Below the pieces are notes generated by a model, which did no database searches, was not told the DNA's origin, and saw only the letters and a list, made by a program, of their open reading frames with translations. From the NCBI RefSeq assembly GCF_006345805.1, contig NC_043002.1:104656001-104720000 (forward strand): a stretch of DNA of 64,000 bases, read 5' to 3'. This DNA is from Octopus sinensis. Its lineage: Eukaryota. Below are positions 1 through 13,177 of the stretch, in pieces. The translations under genes were made by a program, and so were the position numbers. Every line of letters begins with the position of its first letter. Positions within the stretch are counted from its first letter, which is position 1.

Positions 1-999
1 TTACCCGTTCTGGTTTTGAATTGATTGTTCTACCGTCCAGTTTCTTTCTCTTTTGAACAATATGATCCTTAAGTGTCGAAATTCTGTGCAAGTTTGGTCG
101 ACAGCTGATGATGGGGTGTATTTGTTTCGTCCGTATTGTGTTTCTTCTATTCAACAACGTTCTGTTCAACCACGTACCCGTGTCCTATCTTTGTACTACA
201 ATTCTTATCATATACTTGTGATAAGCATGCCAACAGATCAAAAGTTCTGCGGTTGACAACAGAAGGGTTCTTCTTCAGGTAAATACTAATTTAAAACTCG
301 CTGCTCCATTCAGGTCAAACGTAGAGGCGAAGGGACGAACCACTTGTAACCCTTATATTCCTGTTCATGTTAACTGAAAGTTTTCCGAAGTTCATGCATA
401 GCTGAGCGCAGTTTCAGCAAGTTTCTGTGTGGGACAAAAACATCTCTGATGTTCATATCACTACAAGGATGTTTTGGAAAAATTTTAAATACCCTACAGA
501 ACTTTCAAATACAAGATAGAAACAAAATGGTGCCGATTTATTTGAGTTTTAATTCATTTAACTAACTAGTAGATTCATTTGATTACTGTTAGTCTTTGAG
601 AGATTCCTGCCAAAGTACATACTGGAATTATAAACAAAGGAAGGTAAAGTCTTGTCACATTTACGCGTCGGATACAAAGTTGACATTACACATTATGGTA
701 TTACACCGTCAAAACATCACTCTTCATATATCAAATTCGTAAACAGTTATACAAGAAAATGTTTTTGAAACTTATGGTTCTCATATTTTCAATGATTCAC
801 GAGGTTTTAATAACAACCGAGACTAGTGAACCATTATTACCTCCTGGCTGCTACAAACCATGTTCTTGAACCACGAGATCTGATATCACAGCGAGTGTAA
901 TACTATACTTCGTTAACATATGGTTGTAACTTGCTTTACAAATTATAAATCACATATAAACACAATGCATGTTGTATATATGTATATATGTGTTGTAGT

Positions 1000-1044
<45 letters not shown>

Positions 1045-1096
1045 ATAATATATATAAATATACATATGTATATATATAAATATATATGAGGGGGAA

Positions 1097-1135
<39 letters not shown>

Positions 1136-1722
1136 GTATATATACATATCTGCAGGAACGCACACATATCTGCAATTGTGCGTGTGTTTGTGTGTGCGTA
1201 TGTATGTTTGCGCATATGTTTCTGTCTGTATGAATATAATCTTCGATCGAATGCACCACATCATCCTCCTCCGCTGCTGCTGCTGCTCTCTACGAACCAA
1301 CATCTGTTCATTAGAAGCAGCTGTACTCGAACATAAATTAACTTCCTCCATGTCTGTCAGTATATTTGTATATGTAAGGTCTAAACACGTGCCTATACAT
1401 ATTTACATCCATTCTTTAAAACTGTATACATTCGTCTCCAATACAGCTTTTTCCGATATCCCCTATTCAGTTTCATCTCCATCCGTTTTTTGCAGAAGTG
1501 ACTTTGTCCGACCATGGCCTCCACATAGACAAATCTTCTCCCAATGATTTTACTCCTTTTGCCCTCAGTTCTACTATGCCAGTTAATACCCTCTTATCAC
1601 TGTTCGCGTCCCCGATAAAGGTCACAACCTGAAAGGGAATGTTCTACGTTTTACCGAATACAAATGTGTTCTATTTTACGTTGTTTTCTGTAACGTGTAG
1701 AGTTAGCTATGATTGAGATATT

Positions 1723-2097
1723 TGGCATTCCTTCGGACGACGGGGGTTCCAGGTGATCCTGTCAATAGAACAGCCTTCTCGTGAAATTAGCGTGCAAGTG
1801 GCTGAGCACTCCACAGACACGTGTACCCTTAACATAATTCTCGGGGAGATTTAGCGTGACACGGAGTGTGACAAGGCTGGCCCTTTGAAATACAGATACA
1901 ACAGAAATAGTAAGAAAGAGTGAGAGAAAGTTGTGGTGAAAGAATACAGCAGGCTTCGCCAACACCCACTGCCGGTGCCTTGTGGAGCTTTAGATATTTT
2001 CGCTCAATAAATATTTACAACGCCCTGTCTGGGAATCGAAACTCCGATCCTACGACCGCGAGTCCGCTGCCCTAACCACTGGGTCATTGCGACTCCA
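1723..2097 (-). mobile_element. tRNA-derived SINE (octopus OR-like family B)
   Basis: Minus strand begins TGGAGTCGCAATGACCCAGTGGTTAGGGCAGCGGACTCGCGG...GTTTCGATTCC (A and B boxes); collinear with the copy at 51828-52209. Confidence 0.85.
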
Positions 2098-2159
2098 TGA
2101 TTCAAATAATTATACCCGTGTTTCCACTGGTGACACAATTTGGCTAAAGCTTGAGCATG

Positions 2160-2378
2160 CGTACTGGTTTAGCAGATCCGTTAGCATTTGGTGAAAATAA
2201 ACCTTGATTTATTAAATGACGTCCCTTTAGGCCCTGGGCCGAAATTAAGCGGAGGTCAACTTTGTCTTTGATCATTTTTTAGTCGGAAAATAAAGTACCA
2301 TTGAAGTTCTGACGTATATTGTATCGACTGTACTGTCCTTCGATATTTGCTGTTGTGTGTCTCGTTTAGAAATCAATA
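2160..2378 (+). mobile_element. Degenerate SINE, family A
   Basis: Decayed match to head (GCAGATCCGTTAGCA), central domain (GAGGTCAACTTTGTCTTTGATC...AAAGTACCA) and tail (TTTAGAAATCAAT). Confidence 0.55.
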
Positions 2379-3235
2379 CTAAAACGATGGCATTACGGAC
2401 ATTTTCCACGACAAATATCGAATTTCGTATTATCTTGTGAAATAACATAATTAGGTTATTCTATTTCAGGAACGAGGGAAAGAGAGAGAGAGAGGAGAGG
2501 GAGAGACAGACAGACAGGCAGAGAGAGAGAGAGTGAGAGATTGAAAGAGATCGCGAGACTGACAGACAGAAGGCTAGACAGACAGACTGAGAGACAGGCA
2601 CACAGACTGGCGGAGGGCCTGGCAGACAGCGAAATAAAGTGAGACTGAACAGTTTGGTTATTCTTTCAGTTGTAGAAGCTGTTATTCTGCATTATTCTCG
2701 GCAGCATTAAAATATTTCGAGAGAGGAAGAATGCCGTACATTGGAGAGTAGAGTGTGTGAGAAGCGACAATGAGTTTTGTATCAACTTATTTTGTACTTT
2801 TAGTTGTCCTGTTTTGTTTTGTTCTTGAGGAGCCTCAGCTCAAAGTTAGTACAGTATAGACAATCGCAGCTGAAACGGGTCACCGAATTTGACCAACCTG
2901 TTCTTCTTCGGACAATTTTTTCTAGCTTGTTCTAAGTCTAATGGGATTAAATATATCGCTACAATTTCGGGTAAGAAAGCAAATGTTTATAATCTTAGGC
3001 ATTATGTTGTTTTATTTTATTACGTTTAACCCAAGGTCGAATGAAATGGAGTAGACACATGGCTAATGGATTTCCAACTGTGACAATACTGACGTTATTG
3101 TTTTCCATTTGCTTACACATGAAAGTGTGTATGTACACGCACACACGCAAACGCGCAATTCCTAAAATCGTTCCAACATTGGATAAATTGTTTGTGAAAA
3201 TATTCCTAGTCCTCTACACTCTATGTCCAAATACT

Positions 3236-3650
3236 TATTTCTTTACTACTCTCAAGGGGCTAAACACAGAGGACAAACAAGGACAGACAAACGAATTAAG
3301 TCGATTCCATCGACCCCAGTGCGTAACTGGTACTTAAATTATCGAGACCCCGAAAGGATGAGAGGCAAAGTCGAACTCGGCGGAATTTGAACTTAGAACG
3401 TAGCGGCAGACGAAATATCTATTTATTTACTACCCACAAGGGGCTAAACACAGAGAGGACAAACAAGGATAGACAAACGGATTAAGCCGATTACATCGAC
3501 CACAGTGCATAACTGGTACTTAATTTATCGACCCTGAAAGGATGAAAGGCAAAGTCGGCCTCGGCGGAATTTGAACTCAGAACATAGCGGCAGACGAAAT
3601 GCCGCAAAGCATTTCGCCCGGCGTGCTAACTATTCTGCCAGCTCACCGCC
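3236..3650 (-). mobile_element. SINE family A, partial tandem dimer with TSD
   Basis: One full copy (GGCGGTGAGCTGGCAGAA...GAGTTCAAATTCCGCCGAGG...TTTAGCCCCTTGTGGGTAGTAAA) plus a 5'-truncated copy; flanked by TCTATGTC(C/A)AAATAC at 3220-3234 and 3653-3667. Confidence 0.9.
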
Positions 3651-3689
3651 CTTCTATGTCAAAATACCGTTAACATTAAAAATGCCTTT

Positions 3690-4356
3690 TTATCACTTTT
3701 GGATTGATAAATAGCGTACCAGTCCGAGGAAATATCAGTCCTCCACTGCTCTAGGGACCAGTTCTGTAGGTTTTATCCACTCTAAACGCTTTGCAACGTT
3801 TGTTTTTGAAAATAGTGGTTTCCTGATTGCTGCCCTTCCATGAAATCCGGCTTTGTGCAGCTCCCGGCGAAGAGTTTTTGTAGAAACTGGGTTCTCGAGG
3901 TGGCCATTAAGCTCTGCAGTAATGTTGGGAGCTGTACTTTTGTGATCCTTTCTAGCAATTCACGTAAGAGTCCGACGGTCCTTATCTGAATGTTTTGGTT
4001 TTCTTCCAGAGTTTGTTTCGACGAAGAGGTTTTTTCCCCTTTCTCAAAGGCTGTAATTATTTTTGAGGCAGTACTTCTTGATAGATTTCGGCTGTTTTCG
4101 TTACGCTAGCGCATGCCATTCGAGCACCAACAATCTCACCTCTTTGAAAGTCCGATAGATCTCTCATTTTAATGAATTTTAATAACCTTTTTCTGATGAT
4201 ATCTGAAAAGAAACGGCAACTTTAGCAAAACATATTAAACAAAATTAATAATAAATAAAAACACATAAAAATAAGCAAGCGTTTAACAGTTTTATAGATA
4301 TTTCAATATTATGATGGAATGATGCTAGGTGTTCCCATTATTTTGTCCAACCACTG
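3690..4356 (-). mobile_element. Tc1-like DNA transposon relic (5' TIR plus N-terminal transposase pseudogene)
   Basis: From ATG at 4167 the minus strand reads, across frameshifts, MRDLSDFQRGEIVGARMA...GRKPKHSDKDRR...ELNGHLENPVSTKTLRRELHKAGFHGRAAIRKPLFSKTNVAKRLEW...WSLEQW; terminus CAGTGGTTGGACAAAATAATGGGAACACC abuts TA at 4357. Confidence 0.9.
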
Positions 4357-4375
4357 TATATATATACATATATAT

Positions 4376-4463
<88 letters not shown>

Positions 4464-4480
4464 CTATGTATATATATGTA

Positions 4481-4689
4481 ACCTCGTGAGTACCGTTGGC
4501 GATTTTTTTCCTCTGTCTTCCCTTCTAGGGATCTTTCCTTCTCCTATGTTTCCGACGCAGAGCCCCGCTCGAAACGTTAAACCCTCCTTCTTCCCTTCTT
4601 TCCTGAGCGTCCAATAATACTATATTTGTTCCACGTCCTCGCGTTGTTGTGTTTTTTGTTTTTTTTGTTTTCTTGTTTGGATTAACTTT

Positions 4690-4690
<1 letters not shown>
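4481..4690 (+). mobile_element. Solo Penelope-type pLTR-like repeat with minimal hammerhead motif (4548-4582)
   Basis: Near-identical to 48361-48567; contains GTTT-CCGACGCA-GAGC-ccc-GCTC-GAAA-CG-TT-AAAC. Confidence 0.75.
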
Positions 4691-4752
<62 letters not shown>

Positions 4753-4761
4753 TATGTATAT

Positions 4762-4800
<39 letters not shown>

Positions 4801-4809
4801 CATGTACGT

Positions 4810-4920
4810 GAGGGCGCATGGCATAGCGATCAGGATGTTGGACTCACGATCGAGAGATCGCGGTTTCAAATCCTATACCGAATAGTGCGTTGTGTCCTTG
4901 AGCAAAACACTTTATCACTA
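4810..4920 (+). mobile_element. tRNA-derived SINE head with CORE-like start (truncated)
   Basis: TGGCATAGCGA A box, GTTTCAAATCC B box, then TGTGTCCTTGAGCAAAACACTTTA. Confidence 0.65.
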
Positions 4921-5014
4921 TAAACAAGTCACAGGTGCAGGTCATTTGGCAATAGTTTGAACGCGCATGCGTCGTATTCAAATCGGGAGTCATTCATACA
5001 CACATACAAGCACA

Positions 5015-5072
<58 letters not shown>

Positions 5073-6822
5073 TGCGTGTGCTTGTGTGTGTGTAAATATA
5101 AAATAAATGAAAACAAGGAACAAAATACAATAGAAGTATTTAATACTATTAAAAAATCAATTCGCCTTTAACTTCGCTTTCATTATTTCGTTAAATACAA
5201 TTAATTGCAAATACAGATATTGCGATCCAATAGAAGGGATTACGATACAGCTGTGGCTTCTGAGAAAAGGTATGTGTTTATCGCTATTACAAATTATTCC
5301 CCCTTTACATCTGTTCTTCAAATGTCTAACGTAGCTTCCATATTTGCTTAATAGATTATCTATTAACGTTTTTTTGATAAAGTGCTTTCTAATCTGATCG
5401 CCGCATCCTCTTAATGCTTGACAACAAATGATGGCAATTTAATTCGCATTCCATTTGTTAAATTACTATACAGCGTATAATTTATTTACTAGAATTAATT
5501 GTTTATCAAAACAACTTGAGTGACTTTAATCTAATGAAAAATAATCTTCAACTGTATTATCTTGATGGATATAAATTCGAGATATCGTTGAGATTCTCGG
5601 ATTGCTCTCTTTTGCTGAATCGCTAAACAATGAGTTTTGACGATTCTAACAGCTAAGATGAACAATGGGAGGGAGAGAAAAAGAGAGGCAATAAAAGATA
5701 GAAAGGAAGAAAGAGAGAGAGGGGGAGAACAATATCTGAATAACCAATAAGAAAAGTGGAAATGTGTTTGTAATTACTGGCCAATTGGCGACTTTGTGGC
5801 TACTTTTTGTATTTGAATATTCTATGGATATGAAGTCCTGTTTGGTGGGTCAGATGGTTGAGCAACCTTCTATATCCATTATTTGGCTCTTGTCTTTCTA
5901 CTCTAAATCTCATAGGGCCTCCTACACGATTTGCATGATATACAAATGGCAGAGAACACGATATTGCCTCTGTATTTGGCGTCTACTCGTGTCGCAGTTC
6001 AAAGCCAGCAGTTTTGAGAGAAGGTCACAACTCGATTACTTTGACCCTAGTACTTGTTTTTACTCCATGTAAAATGTAGTGTTTAACCGCGATTGATTTT
6101 GAACGCGAAATTCGGAAAAAAATCCGGTTAGGGATTTTGCCCGACGCGCGAACGATTCTGCCACCTGACGCCTTAAGAAATCTCTATATAACTTACAATC
6201 GTACCCGTTATGTTTTATATCCAATGCGATCGGGATCGATTGTGATTGCCACCCCTCCAGTAACTACAATAAAAGCACATATGTCATACACCATCCCCAC
6301 CTCCACACACAGCTGGCAGTTTTTGAGGAAATATTTATCGTTGAACACTTTAAACACTCTCGCTTTTCAAGATAGCATGGCTTTTATTTTGCTTTCTCAG
6401 AAAGTACCAATAGACCTGTTAATAGATTGTATACTCAGATCAAACTTTGTCAGAAGCTGCAAATATTTAACGCTTGCCCATTTTAATTTCGAATCTTAAT
6501 GGTTGGCATCAAAGATGCGATTCAAATATTACTTGGTGATTGGAGGCACATTTATTGACCGTTTGATCACATTGCATCCCTCGATTAACATAAATCCCAG
6601 TGACGGAATCTGACCAAATTTTATCGTAAATATATCTGTTCTTCTGTCAATATAACCGATCACTAAGGCTAAGATAATTTCACAGGATGGTAGCAACCTT
6701 TTAAAGTCTAAAATAAATTGGAACGTGTAATTCAGACTTCTTTTAGCGACCGCAGAAGGATGGAGGTTAGAATCAGTTTGGACGAAATTTGAACAATGAA
6801 CATGTGAAGTGTGAACATATGA

Positions 6823-6901
6823 AAGAGCGCGGGCTACAAGATTCCGAGTTCATTTCCAGGCAGTGACCTGAATAATAGTAATAATAATAGTAATCATAAC
6901 A

Positions 6902-6937
<36 letters not shown>

Positions 6938-7147
6938 GTAATAATAATAATAATAATAATAACATCGAAAAATTACCTTAGGAATAAAAAAAAAAGATCG
7001 AAATTTCCCCAAAACACCTGATGGAGGCTGGAGGGTATATCAGCTGAAACGTTGTTAAAACAAAAAAGATGAGGACAAATATCCGTCAAATGTAAATAAT
7101 GCAAATAATGTAAATAATGTACATAATACCTCATCTCTTAAATATAG
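6823..7147 (+). mobile_element. Solo pLTR of the Penelope family at 18179-20897
   Basis: 6960-7147 is reverse-complement homologous to 18192-18375; includes an (AAT)n tract and a degenerate hammerhead ACAC-CTGATGG-A-GGCTG...CAGCT-GAAA-CGTT-GT (7014-7056). Confidence 0.85.
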
Positions 7148-8217
7148 TAATATGAAATGTTCATTAAAATAATACTAACCGAAATCGAAATGTTACGAAA
7201 CAACCAGTGTGTTGGGTGATTTGGTACAATATACAAGACTTGTGCTAGTTCAATATGAATGTGAAAAAAGATACGTGTACATGGGTGTACACGCATGCAC
7301 GCAGACACACACCCATGTACAGAGAGAGAGAGAGAGAGATAGAGAGAGAGAAAGAGAGAGAGATAGAAAGAGAGAGAGAGAGAAATCAATATCGAAAGTG
7401 AGAGATGTGCCTCTTTTCTTTCTTTTCACATGTTTTACACAATTCCTCACCTTCCTCACAAAACCGATATTTTCTTCACCACCCTCTCCTACACCTCTTC
7501 ATCCTCTCTCTTTACTCTCTCTCTCTCTCTCTATCTCTCTCTGTCTTTCAATCTCATTCATTCCCCTATCTCTTCTCTCGCTTTTGTCTCCTATAGTTTC
7601 GAATCACATCACAGATCTCTTCCTCCTGCCGCTGCCTATTACTTACCGTCCCCCCACCCCAGTTTCCCATACCCCTTTTATATATTCCGCTATTTCGTTC
7701 CTCGCACTGTCTCGCCCTCTCACACTACCCCTCTTTTACATATCCCGCTCTGTCCACAACTATAAACTATATATAAATCAACCGTCTCTCTACCCACCAT
7801 TTCCCTACTTGCTCTCTCTCTCCATCTCTCTTCCTCTGTTCCCCTCTCTCTCTCTCAGCAGCCTCAATCTTTATTTAATTCTACGTTTTCAAATATTCGG
7901 ACCAACCCCTCTCCTGTCCTCTCTCTTTCAATCTAGTTCACGTCCTCTCTGTTAACTCTCTATGCCTACCCCATTATATATTCATCGTTTCTCACCCCGT
8001 TCTCTCCAGCTCTCCTTCTCATACATCGAAATACACAGTTATATATATAAATATCCTATCATTTACTATATATATATATATATATATATCAGTATATATA
8101 TATATATATAACCCCCTCCTCTTAATTTTATGAAACATAAAGTAAATGTCTCACCCACCCTCATACTTTACTCCCTATTGATCTTGCTCTTCTGAACTAT
8201 TCCTCCCTCTCTGTCTC

Positions 8218-8254
<37 letters not shown>

Positions 8255-8386
8255 TTCTCTCTTTCTCTGTTTACTGATTCCTTACCGTGTGCCAGTGAGT
8301 ATGTTTGTTAATGTACATATATGTACGTAGATATATATACATATATATATATATATGTATATATGCATGTATATATGTTTATATAT

Positions 8387-8451
<65 letters not shown>

Positions 8452-8537
8452 CTTATATATATATCTATATATGTATACATATATGTATTTATATATATGT
8501 ATATATATGTATATATATATACATATATATCTATCTA

Positions 8538-8573
<36 letters not shown>

Positions 8574-8584
8574 GGGAGACTTTC

Positions 8585-8615
<31 letters not shown>

Positions 8616-8748
8616 ATGTATGTATGCACCAGTGTATCACTCTGTATACCAAACTACATTCACTCCAACATGTGTAACTCTGCCACACACACACACACAA
8701 ACCCGCTTATCCACTTCCTCTCTTCCACTATAATTCCCTGTCCGTACA

Positions 8749-8810
<62 letters not shown>

Positions 8811-9496
8811 GCTTTCTTAACCGTCTCTTTCTCTCTGTCTCATTCCTTTCTGTCTATATCTGTCTTTCTATCCACTTATTTATCTGTCTGTCCGCCATTC
8901 ATATTCATAGTCTCTTTATACAGCAGTTTCTCAAGAATTAATAGAAATTAAGCAATGACTGAATGCGTCCATTGTTGTTTGAAAGTCAATATTATACGAG
9001 AAGGCAGATGCTAGCATTCAGATACAGCATACTTTTCGCAAACCATCATACCGCCCGCTCTTGCACAGAAGCAAATCAAGCAGAAAGCCGGTAATCTTAA
9101 TACGATCGCTTTCCTTAATCTTCTATCAAACCAGAATTCATTACTTTGATACACTGTCCCTATGAAGACGGGTCATTACCTCGTTTGGCTCGAACCGGAA
9201 GCCTACCTTCATCTTCCGGTGTATATCTGATAAGAGATTCCAGTTCAAATTAACGCCATTAGGAAATGAACGGGCTGGTTGCTAAATTTACTCAATTTTC
9301 CCAGACCATTGCATCGTCCCTCCTGAACGGTAAACAATATATGTGCGCACATGGGTGTGTGTATGTGTTTGTGAACATATATGTATGTATGTATTATGCA
9401 CAAAGAAAAGAACACGCACTCACACTCACACACACATATATATATATATATTATATATATATATACATACATATTGATATATATGTATATATATAT

Positions 9497-9579
<83 letters not shown>

Positions 9580-10035
9580 ATATTATATATTTATATATAC
9601 ATGCATACATAACGATATAAATGTATATATATATATGTGTGTGTGTATGTGTGTTTACATATATGTATGTGTGTGCGCGTATGAGTGTGTGTGTGTATAT
9701 AGAGTAAGTAAAAGAGAAATTCATATACATATTTATGTATATAGATACCAAGATCCTACCACAAGCACACACACACATACAAACTCAAACGTGTCACGTG
9801 CAGACATACAGGTGCTGATCGACAAACAAACAGATTGGTAAGTACATAGCAAGATAGATAGACAGACATACAGACGGACGTACGGACAAGCGGACATACG
9901 GAGGAACAGACAGACAGACGGATGGACAGATAAATAGATAGATAGATGGATAGGTGGATGGATGCATGGATGGACGGATGGGTAGGTCGTTAGATAGCTA
10001 GATAGATAGATAGATAGATAAATAGATAGACAGAC

Positions 10036-10080
<45 letters not shown>

Positions 10081-11312
10081 CATACATACATACATACATA
10101 CATACATACATACATACATACATACATACATACATACATACATACATAGATTCTGATATGTATATAGATATATATATATATATATATTGCTAATTCTCTC
10201 ATACGTTTGCATATTTATACTTGCACCACATGAAAAATTTGTATAGTTTTTTTATGTCCCGCAACTTATTGAGACTTGAAATAGATCCTTGAATCTGATA
10301 CAAGACAAGAACTCACACAAATGTTGTTGAATTGTTCCATGCTATATTTTAAGTCGATACACCAACCATGGCTATTAACCCAAGACTGTACAAGAAAATG
10401 CTCCTGCCTATAGCCTTTCCTTCTCTCGACACCTTCAAGGTTCCACGAGAATCTCAAACCGTCCACTGTTTTTCAATTGACCATTCTACTGGACACTTTT
10501 TTTTTATTTACTCATTAAGTTATCTATTTATTTACTTTTCAAATATGTGTGTGTCCCTACCTTTCTCTCTTTCACTCTCTCTCTCCCCCCTCTCTCTTTC
10601 TCTGTTTGTCTCTATGATTCTCCTCTCTATGTATCGACATATCAACATACCTATCTACCTTGCCTTTTTACTTCATACGTTTCGGTTGCTTTCTTTATCA
10701 GTCCGGTTCGCTACTGGGACGATTTTTCTTCTCCCTTCCATACAGATTGTGATTTTAAAAAACTAAAGGTTCATAAAAGGCCGTATCTCTGAACGAATAC
10801 CGCAGTAAATTTCTTTTCAGTTGTGCATTTACATCAAATATAACACATACAGTAGAACTGAAATTGTATATGAGGGATTTATATAACTTTTATCTTCCAA
10901 TTAATGACGATTTCAGTCTTTTCCTTCTATTTACATACATTTTATTTCAAAATCTTGCATCTCATTTCTATTTCTATCGCTCTTTTCATCCACTCGTCCT
11001 TAATTGTGGAGATCTCTTTGTCTCTTACTCTCTTTTTTTCACTCAGCTTGACTCTTCCTTCTACTCTTTCCTCCCACGATTCACCACGAGAAATGTCTTT
11101 TGTTCCAAACCGCAAATTCATTTTGTATTAACCGTCTTTGTAGTCATTCCGTTTATTTATCCATCTCCTGGATAATTTCTAAATGCATGACTCTTTAAAG
11201 TCCAATCTCTCCATTTCTACCACTCTATACCTGCTTAGCGGTGTGTGTGTGTGAGTGGGTATGTGTGTGTATATATGTGTATATATATATGTGCGTCTGT
11301 GTATATATAATA

Positions 11313-11447
<135 letters not shown>

Positions 11448-11461
11448 GTACATATACATTG

Positions 11462-11759
11462 TGGAGGCACATGGCCTAGTGGTTAGAGCAGCGGACTCAT
11501 AGTCGAGAGATCGCGGGTTTGAATCTCAGACCGGGCTATGTGTGTGTTTATGAGCGAAACACCTGAGCTCCACGCGGCTCCGGCAGAAGGTAATGGCGAA
11601 TTTCTCCTGACTCTTTCGCCACAACTTTCTCTCACTCTTTTCACCTGCATTTTGCAACTCACCTGCGACGGACCAGCGTCCCATCAAGGTTTGGAACCTA
11701 TATACCAAGGAAATCGAGAAACCGGCCCTATGAGCTAGGCATTGCTTGAGAACAAACAG
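11462..11759 (+). mobile_element. tRNA-derived SINE, family B head with a different (Meta-domain-like) 3' part
   Basis: A box TGGCCTAGTGG, B box GGTTTGAATCT; perfect 11-bp TSD CATATACATTG at 11451-11461 and 11760-11770. Confidence 0.9.
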
Positions 11760-12799
11760 CATATACATTGACACAGACATAGACAGATAGATAGATTTGT
11801 ATTCCCCCACACACATACATAACTATAAATCTATTTTCTACGTTTGATCTATCTTTATATTGCTTTCTCCATTCACTATTTTAATTTTATAACCAATTCT
11901 GTTTTTCTCTATTTATGTACCTTTCTTTCAATATAAACATCCTATATATTTCTATCGTATTTTCTCACGCATTTTTCTTTTAGTCTACTACTGACCATAG
12001 CAGTATCTACCGAAAACGCAAGACTCAGTTTGGTTGGAACCTAGCCTTAGCCTTCCACATGCTTAGACGAAATTTGTCGCCTCCTATGTATAAGAAAGAG
12101 TGAGTAAAAATACGTCTTATGATACAGAAGAGGTATTACATTAAAATAGAAATCTTTGTATCGTATTCGAGACAAATACAATGTTGAAAGGCAAAATTAC
12201 TGCAGTATTCTTCCAGCTATAACACATCTTATGAACCTGCTGTGTATAGAAAGAGAAATATACAACGAAGGAAGGTGGGGACATCGTCTCTACGGTGGTA
12301 AGAATTTACGCTTAGGTATGTAGATGCGTGAGAATACAATCAGTTCATAAAGCGCAAGTTGGCCAAAATGCATGTTGGGTTTTCGCTATCTGCAATTTTG
12401 TTCGCCCTCTAATATATGCTATGATTTTAAAAACGGCTCGTCGGAAAGGATCTTAACCTCTGGACAAATATCGCAGAAGATTATCTATAAATGATGTATC
12501 TATATTAAATATGTAGTAAAATTGCGTTTAATGGATGTATTAACCTTGTACTTTGTTTCAATCAAGGACAAACAGACATACATACACACACACATACATA
12601 TATATACACACACACATCAATGCGTGAGTATATGTCTGATGGTGAGGGGGAGACAACTACACCCAAATACATACATCCAGCAGTCTGTTTGTGTTCGAGG
12701 GAGAATTCGAACTCGCTGTCTATATACCTATTTGTCAACAGCGAAACATTATCTCCATGACAATGTATAGTGAATGCTTTACTTACGGACTCGAATAGG

Positions 12800-13177
12800 T
12801 ACTAAGTTCAAATGCCGCAGGGGTTACTTTTGCTTTCATTCTTACAAGCTCGATGGGATAAATACCAGATTAACACTGGGGTCGATGTGATCGACTCTCT
12901 CTCCTTGAAAATTTCAGGTTTTTGTGTCTGTTAGAAACGATTATGAATATTAATTAGAAGTCAGTTGGGAGAATCATTAGCAGACCAGATAAGGAGTGCC
13001 GGATGAAACGAGGATTCTCGAATGTTCTGAGTTCAAATCTACCCAGAGCCGACTTTGCAAGTCAACTTTTTGCAATCTATAATATAATAATTATCTGGAC
13101 CCTGGGATCCATGTGATTGAGTGGGCCTTCTCTCCACAGACTTCAGGTTTTCTGCCTATAGTAGATACGATTATTAT
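12800..13177 (+). mobile_element. Two degenerate family A SINEs in tandem
   Basis: AGTTCAAAT B box, TTTGC(T)TTTCAT central domain and GCCTATAGTAGA/TTAGAAACGATTAT tails, each seen twice. Confidence 0.6.

Noticed and set aside
1-180. Minus-strand GTWLNRTLLNRRN resembling the RTE endonuclease start GTWNVRTL
   Set aside because: The downstream DI.ALxETR motif is absent; too weak to call
8940-9335. Unique GC-balanced island with possible splice sites and MNGLVAKFTQFSQTIASSLLNG
   Set aside because: The minus-strand exon candidate has stops in all frames; the plus-strand peptide is unrecognisable
11462-11535. tRNA-like sequences here and at 2025-2097, 22975-23036, 51828-51900, 55555-55625 as tRNA genes
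   Set aside because: No complete cloverleaf; each continues into a SINE or pLTR body
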